From positions 7,079 to 71,078 of the forward strand of contig MGQW01000086.1 in the NCBI GenBank assembly GCA_001798885.1: a stretch of DNA of 64,000 bases, written 5' to 3'. The notes beneath the pieces were generated by a model, which was not told where the DNA came from, did no database searches, and was given only the letters and a program-made list of their open reading frames with translations. The DNA comes from Deltaproteobacteria bacterium RBG_16_64_85 (lineage in GTDB: Bacteria; Desulfobacterota; Deferrimicrobia; Deferrimicrobiales; Deferrimicrobiaceae). Positions 30,229 to 40,881 of the stretch are shown here, in pieces (the stretch's first letter is position 1; the number at the start of each line of letters is the position of its first letter). The position numbers and the translations under genes were made by a program.

Positions 30229-32381
30229 ACATCGGTTCGGTACGCGCGGCTGCAATCCTCCTTCTTTTCCTTCCATTCGCAGTTCCCGCGTCCGCGGCGA
30301 CCGCCATCCCCGGAGGGATGCTTACCAAAGCGCGCACCGGCTCCGAAGTCCTGCTCGGCGGGCCCGTGACCCTGAACGCGGACTCGCTTGCATACGACGA
30401 CAATACGGGGGTCGCCTACGCCGAGGGAAACGTCGAGATCGGATTCGGCAACCGGAGCATCCGTGCGGACCGCATCCGATACGATTCCCGAAGCGGCGAG
30501 GCGGAGCTGATCGGGCGGGTTCATTACAAGGACGCCGGAGACGAGTTCTCCTTCGACCGTATCGTCCTGAACATCGATACCGAGCTCGGGGTCCTGTACA
30601 ACGGAACCATACTCCTTAGCAACAACAATTATCAGATCTCCAGCGAAAGGTTCGAGAAGACCGGGGGAAGAACCTTCCGGATTCAGAAAGGGACCCTCAC
30701 GACCTGCCCCTGCGACCCGGAGCCCGACTGGAAGTTCGAAGTGAGGCGATCGCAGGTCACCATGGACGGCTACGCCGTCGGAAAGGACGTGACGTTCAAG
30801 GTCCGCGGAGTCCCCGTCCTCTGGCTGCCGTGGGCGGCGTTTCCCGTAAAGCTTAGCCGACAGAGCGGTTTCCTGATGCCGAGCTTTTCCAGCAGCGGGA
30901 CGAAGGGAACCTCCTTCCAGCTGCCGTACTACTGGGCGATCAACCGGTGGAGCGACGCGACCCTCACGATCGAGGACATGAGCCGGCGGGGTTTTCGGCC
31001 GGAAGTCGAGTACCGGTATATCCTGAATCCCACCTCGGAGGGCAAGGCGTACGCATCGTTCTTTCATGACAAGAAGGCGGATCACGACCGGTACCGGCTC
31101 AACGGGATCAGTACGTACCGGGACGGAGGAAGCTTCACCTCGAACGTCAAGTGGGACCTGGCTTCCGACGACCTGTATTACGTCAACCTGGTCGATGACG
31201 ACATCCTGAGGACGGGAAGGCACGTTCCTTCCAGGGGGTTCCTCGCTTACGGATCCGAGCAGAGCGTGGCGGCGATGTCCGCGGTCTATGTCAACGACGT
31301 GCAGGGAACACCCGACGACAACACGGTTCAGCGACTGCCCGAATTTTCATTGACCTTCCTTCCCCGGACGTTTGGCAAGACGGCGATCGAAGCCAGTGGG
31401 GAGATGAGCGCGACCTACTTCTATCGACGTGTCGGGGATCGCGAGCTGCGAGGAAGGGGGTACGCGGAAATCTCGCGAACCTATACCTTATACCCATCGG
31501 TCACGTTCACTCCCTACCTTTCCGTCGACATGCTGGGCTCGTACCCCGCATCGAGCGAAACCGGCGCCGAGAAGGAAGGGAGGGTTCTTCCCGGCGGTGG
31601 GGGAAAGCTGGAAGCCGATTTCCGAAGGAATTTCGAGGGGGTCGCCGGGACCCGGCTGATCCACGCGGTTCAAACGACCACCTCGTTCCACTGGATCCCG
31701 GCGGTTGACCAGAAAGCCATCCCCCTCACGGACGAATGGTCCCGCGTCGGCGAACAGCAGCAGTTCACTTTTTCCGTGACCCAGAGGCTCCTGCGGGTCG
31801 ACAATGTAACGGGACCACATGAGATTGCTTTCCTCTCGGTGGAGTGGGCGCTGGACGTGGGAGAGAGAAAACCCACGGGGTCTCCTTATATCGACCCCTT
31901 GGCGCCCTTCGTCAGGTCGCTGCGGGACCAGATCGACCTCGCTGCGGGACGGTCGACGGGCCGGCAAGCGGCCTCCGACATCTATACCCGGTTCCAGGTG
32001 CGGCCCGCCCCGAAATGGATCGTCTCTGGAGAGACGTTGTTCGACGCGGGTCCGGGAAAATTCACCACCGCGGCGATCGGAGGGGAGTGGAAGCAGACGG
32101 AGGAAAGCCGGGCACTCCTCGAATACCGGAAATCGCGAGATCTTGCCGAGGATGTCAACGGCCTCTTTGCGGTGCGGCTGCACAGGGTTCTAGGATTGAA
32201 GACCAACGTGAATTATTCTATGAAGAATAAGGAGTTGACCGAAGGCAAGGCCACGCTCACCCTTTACCCGCGCAGCGATTGCTGGAGCGTCGGGCTGGAA
32301 GCCGGCCGCAAGACGAGGCCCGACGAAAGCAGCTACAAGCTCCTCTTCTCTCTGAAGGGGATCGGGACGATCGGGAACTAG
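30225..32381 (+). CDS. lptD: LPS-assembly outer membrane protein LptD
   Basis: Signal peptide, OstA-like N-domain (AEGNVEI...ADRI.YD), TTCPC, RQSGFLMP, PYYWAI, beta-barrel, C-terminal CWSV...LKGIG. Confidence 0.88.
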   Translation: MNIGSVRAAAILLLFLPFAVPASAATAIPGGMLTKARTGSEVLLGGPVTLNADSLAYDDNTGVAYAEGNVEIGFGNRSIRADRIRYDSRSGEAELIGRVHYKDAGDEFSFDRIVLNIDTELGVLYNGTILLSNNNYQISSERFEKTGGRTFRIQKGTLTTCPCDPEPDWKFEVRRSQVTMDGYAVGKDVTFKVRGVPVLWLPWAAFPVKLSRQSGFLMPSFSSSGTKGTSFQLPYYWAINRWSDATLTIEDMSRRGFRPEVEYRYILNPTSEGKAYASFFHDKKADHDRYRLNGISTYRDGGSFTSNVKWDLASDDLYYVNLVDDDILRTGRHVPSRGFLAYGSEQSVAAMSAVYVNDVQGTPDDNTVQRLPEFSLTFLPRTFGKTAIEASGEMSATYFYRRVGDRELRGRGYAEISRTYTLYPSVTFTPYLSVDMLGSYPASSETGAEKEGRVLPGGGGKLEADFRRNFEGVAGTRLIHAVQTTTSFHWIPAVDQKAIPLTDEWSRVGEQQQFTFSVTQRLLRVDNVTGPHEIAFLSVEWALDVGERKPTGSPYIDPLAPFVRSLRDQIDLAAGRSTGRQAASDIYTRFQVRPAPKWIVSGETLFDAGPGKFTTAAIGGEWKQTEESRALLEYRKSRDLAEDVNGLFAVRLHRVLGLKTNVNYSMKNKELTEGKATLTLYPRSDCWSVGLEAGRKTRPDESSYKLLFSLKGIGTIGN

Positions 32382-32386
32382 GAAAG

Positions 32387-33253
32387 TTGAAGCGAAGGAT
32401 GCTCATCACCGGCGCGAACGGCCTGCTGGGGAGGGAATTGTTCGACCTCTTCCACAAGGAGCACGAGGTGCGCCCAACCGACGAAAGGGAGTGCGACGTC
32501 ACGAGTCCCATGGAGTGCAGAAGGGCCGTCGGGGGGTTCCGCCCCCATGTCGTCCTGCATTGCGCAGCGTACACGGCGGTCGACAGGGCGGAAAGCGAGG
32601 AGGCGAGGGCCCTTGCCGTGAACCGCGACGGCACCCGGAACGTGGCCCGCGAGTGCCGCGAGCACGGCGCCTTCCTGGTGACCTTCGGAACCGATTATGT
32701 TTTCGACGGGAACTCCTCCCGCCCGTACGCGGAGGACGATGTCGCGCGCCCCCTGTCCGCCTACGGAAGGAGCAAGTGGGCGGCTGAAGAGGCGTTGAGG
32801 ACGGAGATGCCGGAACACCTGCTCATCCGTTCGCAGTGGCTGTACGGCCCGCACGGCGGGAATTTCGTCTTCGCCATCCTGGACAAGGCGAGACGAGGGG
32901 AGCCGCTCCGCGTCGTCTCCGACCAGAAAGGGTGCCCGACCTTTGCGCGCGACCTGGCGGCGGCCACGAAGCGGTTGCTGGACGCCGGCGCACGGGGGAC
33001 CTTTCACTTCTCGAACGAAGGAGAGACCACGTGGTATGAATTTGCCGCGTTCCTTCTTGCGCATGCCTGCCCGGAGCCGGTTTCCATTACCCCCGTCCCT
33101 GCCGCGGAGCTGCTGTACCCCGCACCTCGCCCGGCCTATTCCGTTCTCAATAAGGAGAAATATCGCACCGTCACGGGAGACACCCCGAGGCGCTGGGAGG
33201 ATGCCGTGACGGAATTCCTGAAAAATACCTACGAAGGGGGGATCGCCGGGTAA
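32387..33253 (+). CDS. rfbD: dTDP-4-dehydrorhamnose reductase
   Basis: ITGANGLLG, CAAYTAVDRAE, TDYVFDG, YGRSK, DQKGCPT, APRPAYSVL. Confidence 0.93.
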   Translation: MKRRMLITGANGLLGRELFDLFHKEHEVRPTDERECDVTSPMECRRAVGGFRPHVVLHCAAYTAVDRAESEEARALAVNRDGTRNVARECREHGAFLVTFGTDYVFDGNSSRPYAEDDVARPLSAYGRSKWAAEEALRTEMPEHLLIRSQWLYGPHGGNFVFAILDKARRGEPLRVVSDQKGCPTFARDLAAATKRLLDAGARGTFHFSNEGETTWYEFAAFLLAHACPEPVSITPVPAAELLYPAPRPAYSVLNKEKYRTVTGDTPRRWEDAVTEFLKNTYEGGIAG

Positions 33254-34191
33254 TGCGCATCCTGATCACAGGGGGAGCAGGGTTCATCGGATCCCATGTC
33301 GCTGACGCTTGTGTCGCACGCGGACACGAAGTGATGGTGATCGACAACCTCTCCTCGGGGAAAAAGGAATATGCCCCCGCCTCCGCCCGGTTCGTCCTCT
33401 GCGACGTGACCTCGGACACCGCCGTGGAGGCGGTACGGACCTTCCGCCCCGAGATCATCAACCACCACGCGGCGCAGATCAACGTGCGGGCTTCCGTTGC
33501 GGACCCGCAGTTCGACGCCCAGGTCAACATCCTCGGCTCGATCCGCCTCCTGGAGGCGGCGAGGCAGCATGGCGTCCGGAAATTTCTCTTCGCCTCTTCG
33601 GGGGGCGCCGGATACGGAGAACAGGAACAGTTTCCCGCAGAGGAGAGCCATCCGATCCGTCCCGTCAGCCCTTACGGCGCTGCCAAGATGTCCGTGGAGC
33701 TGTACCTGAACTATTACCGCGTCCAGTACGGTCTCGAGTACACCGCGCTTCGCTACTCCAACGTGTACGGCCCGCGACAGGATCCCCACGGGGAGGCCGG
33801 CGTCGTCGCCATCTTCGCCGAGCGGCTGCTGCGGGGGCAGATGGCCGTCGTGAACGGCGACGGGGAGCAGACGCGGGATTTCGTCTACGTCGGCGACGTG
33901 GTCCGAGCGAACCTGGCGGCCCTGGAACGCGGTGACGGGCTCTCCGTGAACATCGGGACCGGCGTCGAGACGAACGTCAACACGGTCTTCCGCATCCTCC
34001 GGGATCTTGCGGGCAGCCGGCAGGAGGAGGTCCACGGCACGGCCATGCCGGGGGAGCAGCGGCGCTCCTGTCTGGAAAACAGGATGGCGGCCTACGAACT
34101 GGGATGGTATCCTGAAGTGTCGTTGGAGGAAGGACTCGCCTCTACGCTGGATTTCTTCCGCGAAAAAATCCGAAACACCGGCACGTGGTAA
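33253..34191 (+). CDS. NAD-dependent nucleotide-sugar epimerase/dehydratase (UDP-glucose 4-epimerase-like)
   Basis: [47 protein letters not shown]. Confidence 0.9.
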   Translation: MRILITGGAGFIGSHVADACVARGHEVMVIDNLSSGKKEYAPASARFVLCDVTSDTAVEAVRTFRPEIINHHAAQINVRASVADPQFDAQVNILGSIRLLEAARQHGVRKFLFASSGGAGYGEQEQFPAEESHPIRPVSPYGAAKMSVELYLNYYRVQYGLEYTALRYSNVYGPRQDPHGEAGVVAIFAERLLRGQMAVVNGDGEQTRDFVYVGDVVRANLAALERGDGLSVNIGTGVETNVNTVFRILRDLAGSRQEEVHGTAMPGEQRRSCLENRMAAYELGWYPEVSLEEGLASTLDFFREKIRNTGTW

Positions 34192-34193
34192 GC

Positions 34194-35993
34194 ATGCGCA
34201 TCGAGCACATCCGCAATTTTTCCGTCATCGCCCACATCGACCACGGGAAATCCACCTTGGCCGACCGCCTGATGGAGGCTACGGGCACGCTCTCCGAGCG
34301 CGAGAGGGTGGACCAGTTCCTGGACAAGATGGACATTGAGCGGGAGCGCGGGATCACCATCAAGGCCCAGACCGTCCGCATGCGATACGTCACACGGGAC
34401 GGGAGGGAATACGTCCTGAACCTGATCGACACGCCGGGTCACGTCGATTTCTCCTACGAAGTTTCCCGAAGCCTGTGCGCCTGCGAGGGGGCGATCCTGG
34501 TCGTGGACGCCTCGCAGGGGGTGGAGGCCCAGACGCTTGCCAACGTCTACATGGCGTTGGAGCAGAACCTGGAGATCCTCCTGGTCCTGAACAAGATCGA
34601 CCTTCCGAACGCCGAGCCGGACCGGGTGAAGCGGGAGATCGAGGACGTGATCGGGCTGGACACGAAGGACATCATCGCCGCAAGCGCCAAAAAGGGAGTG
34701 GGCATCGAGGAGATCCTGGAGCGCGTGGTCCTGCGGATCCCTCCTCCCACGGGCGACCCGGACGCCCCTTCCAAGGGGCTCATCGTCGACTCGTGGTTCG
34801 ACAACTATCAGGGGGTGATCGTCCTCGTCCGAATGTTCGACGGGATCCTGCGGACGGCGCAAAAGATCATTCTCATGTCCACGGGGAACGTCTTCGAGGT
34901 CCAGAAGGTCGGGGTCTTCTGCCCTCACCCGAAGGAGGTCGAGTCCCTCGGGCCCGGCGAGGTGGGATTCGTCATCGCCAACATCAAGGACCTCAAGGAG
35001 ACCAAGGTCGGCGACACGATCACCGACGCGCGGAAACGCGCCGCGGTCCCCCTGCCGGGATTCAAGGTCGTGAGGCCGATGGTCTTTGCCGGCGTCTATC
35101 CCGTGGTCTCCGACGAATACGGCCAGCTGCGGACCGCCATTGAAAAGCTTCGGCTGAACGACGCCTCGTTCACCGCCGAGCCGGAAACCTCCGTGGCGCT
35201 GGGGTTCGGTTTCCGGTGCGGGTTCCTTGGGCTGCTCCACATGGAAATCATCCAGGAGCGGCTCGAGCGCGAGTACGGGGTCGAGCTCATCACCACCGCC
35301 CCTACCGTCGGGTACCGGGCCGTGAAGAAGGATGGGTCGGTGGAAGAGGTGGACAGTCCTGCGAGGCTGCCCGAGCCGCTGGATCTCGACTACATCGAGG
35401 AGCCGCTCATCCTGGCGACCCTCCATCTGCCGTCGGAGTTCCTGGGAGCGATTATCAAGCTGTGCGAAGAGCGCCGGGGCGTGCAGCGCCAGATGAAGTT
35501 CGCTTCCTCCAGCCGGGTCATCCTCGAGTACGAGCTCCCTCTCAACGAGATCGTCCTCGATTTCTACGACAGGCTCAAGACCGCCTCCCGGGGCTACGCC
35601 TCCATGGACTACGAGTTCCTCGTGTTCCGGCGGGCCGACCTTGTCCGCCTCGATATCCTCCTGAACGGGGAGAAGGTGGACGCCCTCTCCCTGATCGTTC
35701 ACCGGGAGAATGCCTACCCGAAGGGAAGGGACGTGACCGAGCGGCTCCGGAGGCTGATTCCGCGCCAGATGTTCGAGGTGGTCATCCAGGCCGCGATCGG
35801 GTCGAAGGTGATCGCGCGGGAATCCATCAAGGCGATCCGGAAGAACGTGATCTCGAAATGCTACGGCGGCGACATCACCCGGAAGAGAAAGCTCCTCGAG
35901 AAGCAGAAGGAAGGGAAGAAACGGATGAAACAGGTGGGTACGGTGGAGATCCCGCAAGAGGCCTTCCTTTCCATCCTCAAGGTCAGGGAATAA
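34194..35993 (+). CDS. lepA: Elongation factor 4 (LepA)
   Basis: [69 protein letters not shown]. Confidence 0.99.
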   Translation: MRIEHIRNFSVIAHIDHGKSTLADRLMEATGTLSERERVDQFLDKMDIERERGITIKAQTVRMRYVTRDGREYVLNLIDTPGHVDFSYEVSRSLCACEGAILVVDASQGVEAQTLANVYMALEQNLEILLVLNKIDLPNAEPDRVKREIEDVIGLDTKDIIAASAKKGVGIEEILERVVLRIPPPTGDPDAPSKGLIVDSWFDNYQGVIVLVRMFDGILRTAQKIILMSTGNVFEVQKVGVFCPHPKEVESLGPGEVGFVIANIKDLKETKVGDTITDARKRAAVPLPGFKVVRPMVFAGVYPVVSDEYGQLRTAIEKLRLNDASFTAEPETSVALGFGFRCGFLGLLHMEIIQERLEREYGVELITTAPTVGYRAVKKDGSVEEVDSPARLPEPLDLDYIEEPLILATLHLPSEFLGAIIKLCEERRGVQRQMKFASSSRVILEYELPLNEIVLDFYDRLKTASRGYASMDYEFLVFRRADLVRLDILLNGEKVDALSLIVHRENAYPKGRDVTERLRRLIPRQMFEVVIQAAIGSKVIARESIKAIRKNVISKCYGGDITRKRKLLEKQKEGKKRMKQVGTVEIPQEAFLSILKVRE

Positions 35994-36020
35994 GATGGAA
36001 ACCAGGAGTCGAAAACATCC

Positions 36021-36692
36021 ATGAAACCAACGCACCACCCGGAAGGCAGTGCGGACCGGAAAGGGAAGGTTCGCGAGTACATCGAGGCGTTCACCGTCGC
36101 CTTGTTGATCGCGCTCATCGTGCGCACACTGGTGATCCAGGCGTTCAAGATCCCCTCCAGTTCCATGGAGGACACGCTGCTGATCGGGGACCACATCTTC
36201 GTGAACAAGTTTCTCTACGGCTACCACATCCCGTTCACGAAGGGGCGAGTCCTACGGTTCCGCGCCCCCCGGCGGGGGGACATCCTCGTTTTCGTTTTCC
36301 CCGAGGACAAGAGCAAGGATTTCATCAAGCGGGCCATCGGGGTGCCGGGAGACACGGTAGAGGTCCGGGAGAAACGGGTGTTCGTCAACGGGCAGCTCTT
36401 GGAGGAAAACTACGTACGGTTTGCCGACGGGGACACGATCGACGGATTCATCCGGGCGAGGGACAACCTTCCGCCCGTCAAAGTGCCGTCGGGCAAGCTG
36501 TTCGTCATGGGGGACAACCGCGATCGGTCCTATGACTCGCGGTTCTGGGGGTTCGTCGACATGGATGCGGTGATCGGGAAGGCGATGTTCATCTACTTTT
36601 CCGTCGACTGGAACCGCGACGTCCGCTGGACCGAGGTCTGGCGCTACCCCGAGATCGTGCGGTGGGGCCGCATCGGACACCTGCTGCACTGA
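36021..36692 (+). CDS. lepB: Signal peptidase I
   Basis: QAFKIPSSSMEDTLLIGD (catalytic Ser), DFIKR (Lys), MGDNRDRSYDSRFWGFV. Confidence 0.97.
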   Translation: MKPTHHPEGSADRKGKVREYIEAFTVALLIALIVRTLVIQAFKIPSSSMEDTLLIGDHIFVNKFLYGYHIPFTKGRVLRFRAPRRGDILVFVFPEDKSKDFIKRAIGVPGDTVEVREKRVFVNGQLLEENYVRFADGDTIDGFIRARDNLPPVKVPSGKLFVMGDNRDRSYDSRFWGFVDMDAVIGKAMFIYFSVDWNRDVRWTEVWRYPEIVRWGRIGHLLH

Positions 36693-36707
36693 GGCCCTCG
36701 AAACCTG

Positions 36708-36737
36708 TTGACGGGGAGGCGGGACCGGGGTTATATT
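36708..36737 (+). promoter_or_regulatory. Putative sigma70 promoter of the pyr operon
   Basis: TTGACG (36708-36713), 18 nt spacer, TATATT (36732-36737), immediately before the PyrR leader. Confidence 0.65.
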
Positions 36738-36745
36738 CGGATAGG

Positions 36746-36778
36746 CCTTTTAAGCTAATCCCGTGAGGTTAGCAAAGG
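36746..36778 (+). ncRNA. PyrR binding loop (cis-regulatory RNA, anti-antiterminator)
   Basis: CCUUUUAAGCU-AAUCC-CGUGAGGUU-AGC-AAAGG carries the UUUAA and ARUCCNGNGAGGYU consensus and folds as a stem-loop; upstream of pyrR. Confidence 0.92.
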
Positions 36779-36803
36779 ATGTACAATCGTTGACGACCAC
36801 GCC

Positions 36804-36835
36804 GCCTCCCCTCTCTTGCGGGGAGGTTTTTTTTT
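36804..36835 (+). terminator. Intrinsic terminator (attenuator) of the pyr leader
   Basis: GCCTCCCC-loop-GGGGAGGT stem followed by a T run. Confidence 0.92.
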
Positions 36836-36880
36836 GCCCATAAAAACCCGATTACGGCCAAATTCGGAGGGACCATCGCG

Positions 36881-37441
36881 ATGAAAAAAGCAAGCAAGAA
36901 GGTCATCCTGGACGCCAAGGGAATGGAGCGGGTCCTCTCCCGCCTGACCCACGAGATCCTGGAGAAAAACAAGGGAGCCGAGGATCTCGTTCTGGTCGGC
37001 ATCATGTCCGGCGGTGTGCCGCTGTCGAAGTTCATCCGGGAGAAAGTCCGGGCCATCGAGGGGCTGGAGGTTCCTGCCGGCTACGTGGACATCACGCTCT
37101 ACCGGGACGACCTGTCGCGCGCAGGATACCAACCGCGGCTGAAACGCACGGAAATCCCGTTTTCGATCGACGAGAAGAAAGTCGTCCTCGTGGACGACGT
37201 GCTGTTCACGGGACGTACGATACGGGCGGCGATGGACGCCCTGATCGACTTCGGCCGCCCCAAGAATATCCAGCTGGCGGTTCTGATCGATCGTGGGCAC
37301 CGGGAGCTTCCCATCCGCGCGGATTATGTCGGCCGGAACGTCCCCACCTCCCGGAACGAGACCGTCGACGTAATGGTCCAGGGGAACCGGGAGGACTGGA
37401 AGGTCCTGCTCAACGAATCCGCACCGGCAAGGGGGGGGTGA
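36881..37441 (+). CDS. pyrR: Pyrimidine operon attenuation protein / uracil phosphoribosyltransferase
   Basis: HEILEKN, DITLYRDDL, VLVDDVLFTGRTIRAAMDAL, DRGHRELPIRADYVG. Confidence 0.98.
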   Translation: MKKASKKVILDAKGMERVLSRLTHEILEKNKGAEDLVLVGIMSGGVPLSKFIREKVRAIEGLEVPAGYVDITLYRDDLSRAGYQPRLKRTEIPFSIDEKKVVLVDDVLFTGRTIRAAMDALIDFGRPKNIQLAVLIDRGHRELPIRADYVGRNVPTSRNETVDVMVQGNREDWKVLLNESAPARGG

Positions 37442-37445
37442 CGCC

Positions 37446-38378
37446 ATGGATTGGAAACGCCGGCACGTGCTGGGCCTTGCCGATTTTCGCGTCGAGGAGA
37501 TGGAATTCGTCATCGACACGGCCCGCTCGATGGAGGAGGTGCTGACCCGGGACATCAAGAAGGTCCCGGCGCTTCGCGGCAAGACCGCGGTGAACCTCTT
37601 TTTCGAGGCCAGCACGCGGACGCGGACCTCGTTCGAGATTGCGGGGAAGCGGTTGTCCGCCGACGTAATCAATTTCAGCTCGGCGACCTCGAGCGTCTCC
37701 AAGGGCGAGACGCTCCTGGACACCGCGAAAAACATCGAGGCGATGAAGCCGAACATCCTCATTATTCGCCACCCCGCTTCGGGAGCCGCTCATTTTCTGT
37801 CCCGCTTCGTCTCCTGCTCGATCATCAATGCCGGCGACGGGGCCAACGAGCATCCCTCCCAAGGGCTTCTGGACCTTTACACTATACTTAAGGCAAAAGG
37901 TAAAGTACTTGGTCTTAAAATTTCAATAATAGGAGATATATTGCACAGCAGGGTTGTGCGTTCGAATCTGCATTCGCTGGGGAGGATGGGCGCGAAACTG
38001 TGGCTCTGCGGACCGCCCACCATGGTCCCGAAAGAGATGGAGCGGACCGGGGCAAGGGTCACTTATGACATCCGGGAGGCGGTAAAGGACGCCGACGTCG
38101 TGATGATGCTGCGGATCCAACTGGAACGGCAAAAGACCGCATATTTCCCATCCCTCCGGGAATATTCGAGGATGTTCGGATTGAACCGGAGCCTGTTTTC
38201 CCTCGCAAAGGGCGATGCGGTGATCCTGCACCCCGGACCCATCAACCGGGGGGTGGAACTTTCCGACGAACTGGCCGACAGCGCGCAATCCAGGATCCTG
38301 AACCAGGTGGAGTCGGGCGTCGCCGTCCGGATGGCGCTCCTCTACCTTCTTGCGGGAGGGCACGATGCTTCTCATTAA
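37446..38378 (+). CDS. pyrB: Aspartate carbamoyltransferase catalytic subunit
   Basis: FFEASTRTRTSFE, SKGETL, NAGDGANEHPSQ, GDILHSRV, HPGPINRGVE. Confidence 0.98.
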   Translation: MDWKRRHVLGLADFRVEEMEFVIDTARSMEEVLTRDIKKVPALRGKTAVNLFFEASTRTRTSFEIAGKRLSADVINFSSATSSVSKGETLLDTAKNIEAMKPNILIIRHPASGAAHFLSRFVSCSIINAGDGANEHPSQGLLDLYTILKAKGKVLGLKISIIGDILHSRVVRSNLHSLGRMGAKLWLCGPPTMVPKEMERTGARVTYDIREAVKDADVVMMLRIQLERQKTAYFPSLREYSRMFGLNRSLFSLAKGDAVILHPGPINRGVELSDELADSAQSRILNQVESGVAVRMALLYLLAGGHDASH

Positions 38379-39669
38379 GGGCGGACGGGTCATCGATCCG
38401 GCCGGCAAGCGCGACGAGACCGGGAGCATCGTCCTCGAGAACGGCAAGGTGAAGGACTTCATCCCGGGAGACCAGACTCCGAAGGGGTTCAAGGGAAGCG
38501 TGATCGACGCCTCGGGGAAGTGGGTGGTCCCGGGGTTGATCGACATGCACGTCCACCTGAGGGACCCGGGGTATGAGTGGAAGGAGGACATCCGCACGGG
38601 CACGAAAGCCGCGGCAGCGGGAGGGTTCTCCTCCGTTGCCTGCATGGCGAACACGAAGCCGGTCAACGACCATCCCGAGGTCACCCGGTACATCCGGGAA
38701 ACGGCGGAGAGGAATGGCGCGGCCGACGTTTTCCCGGTGGCCGCCGTTACGAGGGGGATGGGAGGAAAGGAGATGTCCGACTTCGCAGAGCTTGCCGATG
38801 CGGGGGCGGTGGCGTTTTCCGACGACGGGAAGCCGGTCGAGAGCGCGCTGTTGATGCGGCGGGCGCTCGAGTACGCAAAGGCGTTCGATCTTTTGATCCT
38901 TTCTCACGCCGAAGACGCCGAGCTCTGCAGGGACGGCGCGGCGCACGAGGGGTGGATGGCCCACAAGCTGGGCATCCCGGGCATCCCCTCGGCCGCCGAG
39001 GAGGTGGCCATCGCGAGGGACATCCTCCTGGCGCGGCAGACCGGGGGAAAACTCCATATCCAGCACATCAGCACGAAGATGGGAGTGGACCTGCTCCGCA
39101 TGGGCAAGAGGGCGGGGGTTGCGGTAACGGGGGAAACCGCTCCCCACTACTTCACGCTGACCGACGCTTCGCTCGAAGGGTACAACACGAACGCCAAGAT
39201 GAACCCGCCGTTGCGCGGGGAAGAGGACCGGATGGCCGTCCTTTCCGGGCTCATCGACGGGACGATCGATGTCATCGCCAGCGACCACGCCCCCCACGAG
39301 GACTATGTGAAGCGATGCGAATTCATCGCAGCCGCCAACGGGATCATCGGGCTGGAGACGGCCCTCCCTCTTTCCCTCGGCCTCCTTGCGGGCGGCAAGA
39401 TGACGCCGGCCCGGATCGTCGAGCTGTTGTGCTCCAATCCCGCGCGGATCCTCAAGCTCTCCGGGAAGGGATCCTTGCGGAAGGGGGCGGACGCCGACGT
39501 CACGGTCATCGATCCGGACGTGGAATGGGAATACAGGGAAGCCGACGTCCGCTCGAAATCCAGGAACAGCCCGTTCTTCGGGTGGAAGCTCCGGGGACGG
39601 GCGGTCGCCACGGTCCATGGAGGACGCGTTACCCACTCCCTTCTCGCAGAAGTTGCCGCAGATGTCTGA
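38365..39669 (+). CDS. pyrC: Dihydroorotase (multifunctional-complex type)
   Basis: [49 protein letters not shown]. Confidence 0.97.
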   Translation: MLLIKGGRVIDPAGKRDETGSIVLENGKVKDFIPGDQTPKGFKGSVIDASGKWVVPGLIDMHVHLRDPGYEWKEDIRTGTKAAAAGGFSSVACMANTKPVNDHPEVTRYIRETAERNGAADVFPVAAVTRGMGGKEMSDFAELADAGAVAFSDDGKPVESALLMRRALEYAKAFDLLILSHAEDAELCRDGAAHEGWMAHKLGIPGIPSAAEEVAIARDILLARQTGGKLHIQHISTKMGVDLLRMGKRAGVAVTGETAPHYFTLTDASLEGYNTNAKMNPPLRGEEDRMAVLSGLIDGTIDVIASDHAPHEDYVKRCEFIAAANGIIGLETALPLSLGLLAGGKMTPARIVELLCSNPARILKLSGKGSLRKGADADVTVIDPDVEWEYREADVRSKSRNSPFFGWKLRGRAVATVHGGRVTHSLLAEVAADV

Positions 39670-40810
39670 GAAGAAGGCGATCCTCGCCCTGGCCGACGGA
39701 ACCGTCTTCCGGGGAGGAACCTTCGGGTTCGAAGGGGAGTGCGGCGGGGAAGTGGTCTTCAACACCGCGATGACCGGGTACCAGGAGGTGCTCACCGATC
39801 CCTCCTACAAGGGCCAGATCGTCACGATGACCTACCCGGAAATCGGTAACACCGGCATCAACCCGGAAGACGTCGAATCGAACCGCCCCTGGGTGGAGGG
39901 GTTCATCGTCCGGGAAGCCTGGCGGCTCCCCTCGAACTGGCGCCACGTGGAGACCCTCGACGGGTACCTGCGCCGGTACCACATCTGCGGGATCGCGGGG
40001 ATCGACACCCGGGCGCTGACCCGGCTCCTGCGGGACCGCGGCTCCCAGATGGGGGTTATCTCCTCCATCGACCAGGACGAGCGGCGGCTTGTGCAAAAAG
40101 CCAGGGACCTCCCCTCGATCGTCGGGCGCGACCTCGTCAAGGAAGTCACCACGGACCGGGAGGTGCATTGGGACACGGGGGACTGGGACCTGGAAAAAGG
40201 ATACCTCCCCGCTTCCGAGTACCGCAGCCGGTTCGGATGGATCCCCAGGATCGTCGCAGTCGATTACGGTATCAAGCAGAATATCCTGCGGATGTTGGTT
40301 TCCCACGGGTTCGACGTGACGGTGGTTCCCGCGACCGCGACCGCGGAGCAGATCCTTGCAAGGAAACCCGACGGGATCTTCCTCTCCAATGGCCCGGGCG
40401 ATCCGGAGGGGGTTCCCTACGCGATCGAAGCGGTTCGCGGGCTCCTCGGCAAACTCCCGATGTTCGGCATCTGCCTCGGCCACCAGATCATGGGGCTGGC
40501 CCTGGGGGGTAGGACCTTCAAGCTGAAGTTCGGCCATCACGGCTGCAACCAGCCGGTGTCGGACCTTGCCACGGGCAGGGTCGAGATCACCAGCCAGAAC
40601 CACAACTTTTCTGTGGATCCCGGCTCCCTTGGGACCACGGCCAGAATCACCCACGTCAATTTGAACGATCAGACGGTGGAGGGTCTCGCCGTCCCGTCGC
40701 GCCGCTGTTTCTCCGTGCAGTATCACCCCGAGGCCTCCCCCGGGCCCCACGACTCCCGGTATCTGTTCACGCGGTTCTACCGCACCCTGACGGGAGAAGA
40801 GGATCTCTGA
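39662..40810 (+). CDS. carA: Carbamoyl-phosphate synthase small subunit
   Basis: [50 protein letters not shown]. Confidence 0.98.
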   Translation: MSEKKAILALADGTVFRGGTFGFEGECGGEVVFNTAMTGYQEVLTDPSYKGQIVTMTYPEIGNTGINPEDVESNRPWVEGFIVREAWRLPSNWRHVETLDGYLRRYHICGIAGIDTRALTRLLRDRGSQMGVISSIDQDERRLVQKARDLPSIVGRDLVKEVTTDREVHWDTGDWDLEKGYLPASEYRSRFGWIPRIVAVDYGIKQNILRMLVSHGFDVTVVPATATAEQILARKPDGIFLSNGPGDPEGVPYAIEAVRGLLGKLPMFGICLGHQIMGLALGGRTFKLKFGHHGCNQPVSDLATGRVEITSQNHNFSVDPGSLGTTARITHVNLNDQTVEGLAVPSRRCFSVQYHPEASPGPHDSRYLFTRFYRTLTGEEDL

Positions 40811-40881
40811 AGCGCCGCCACTGCGGAAGGCCCACGCCGCGGGCAAGTCCGGCATAGCCGAAGGGGGGTACGGAAGAGGGA

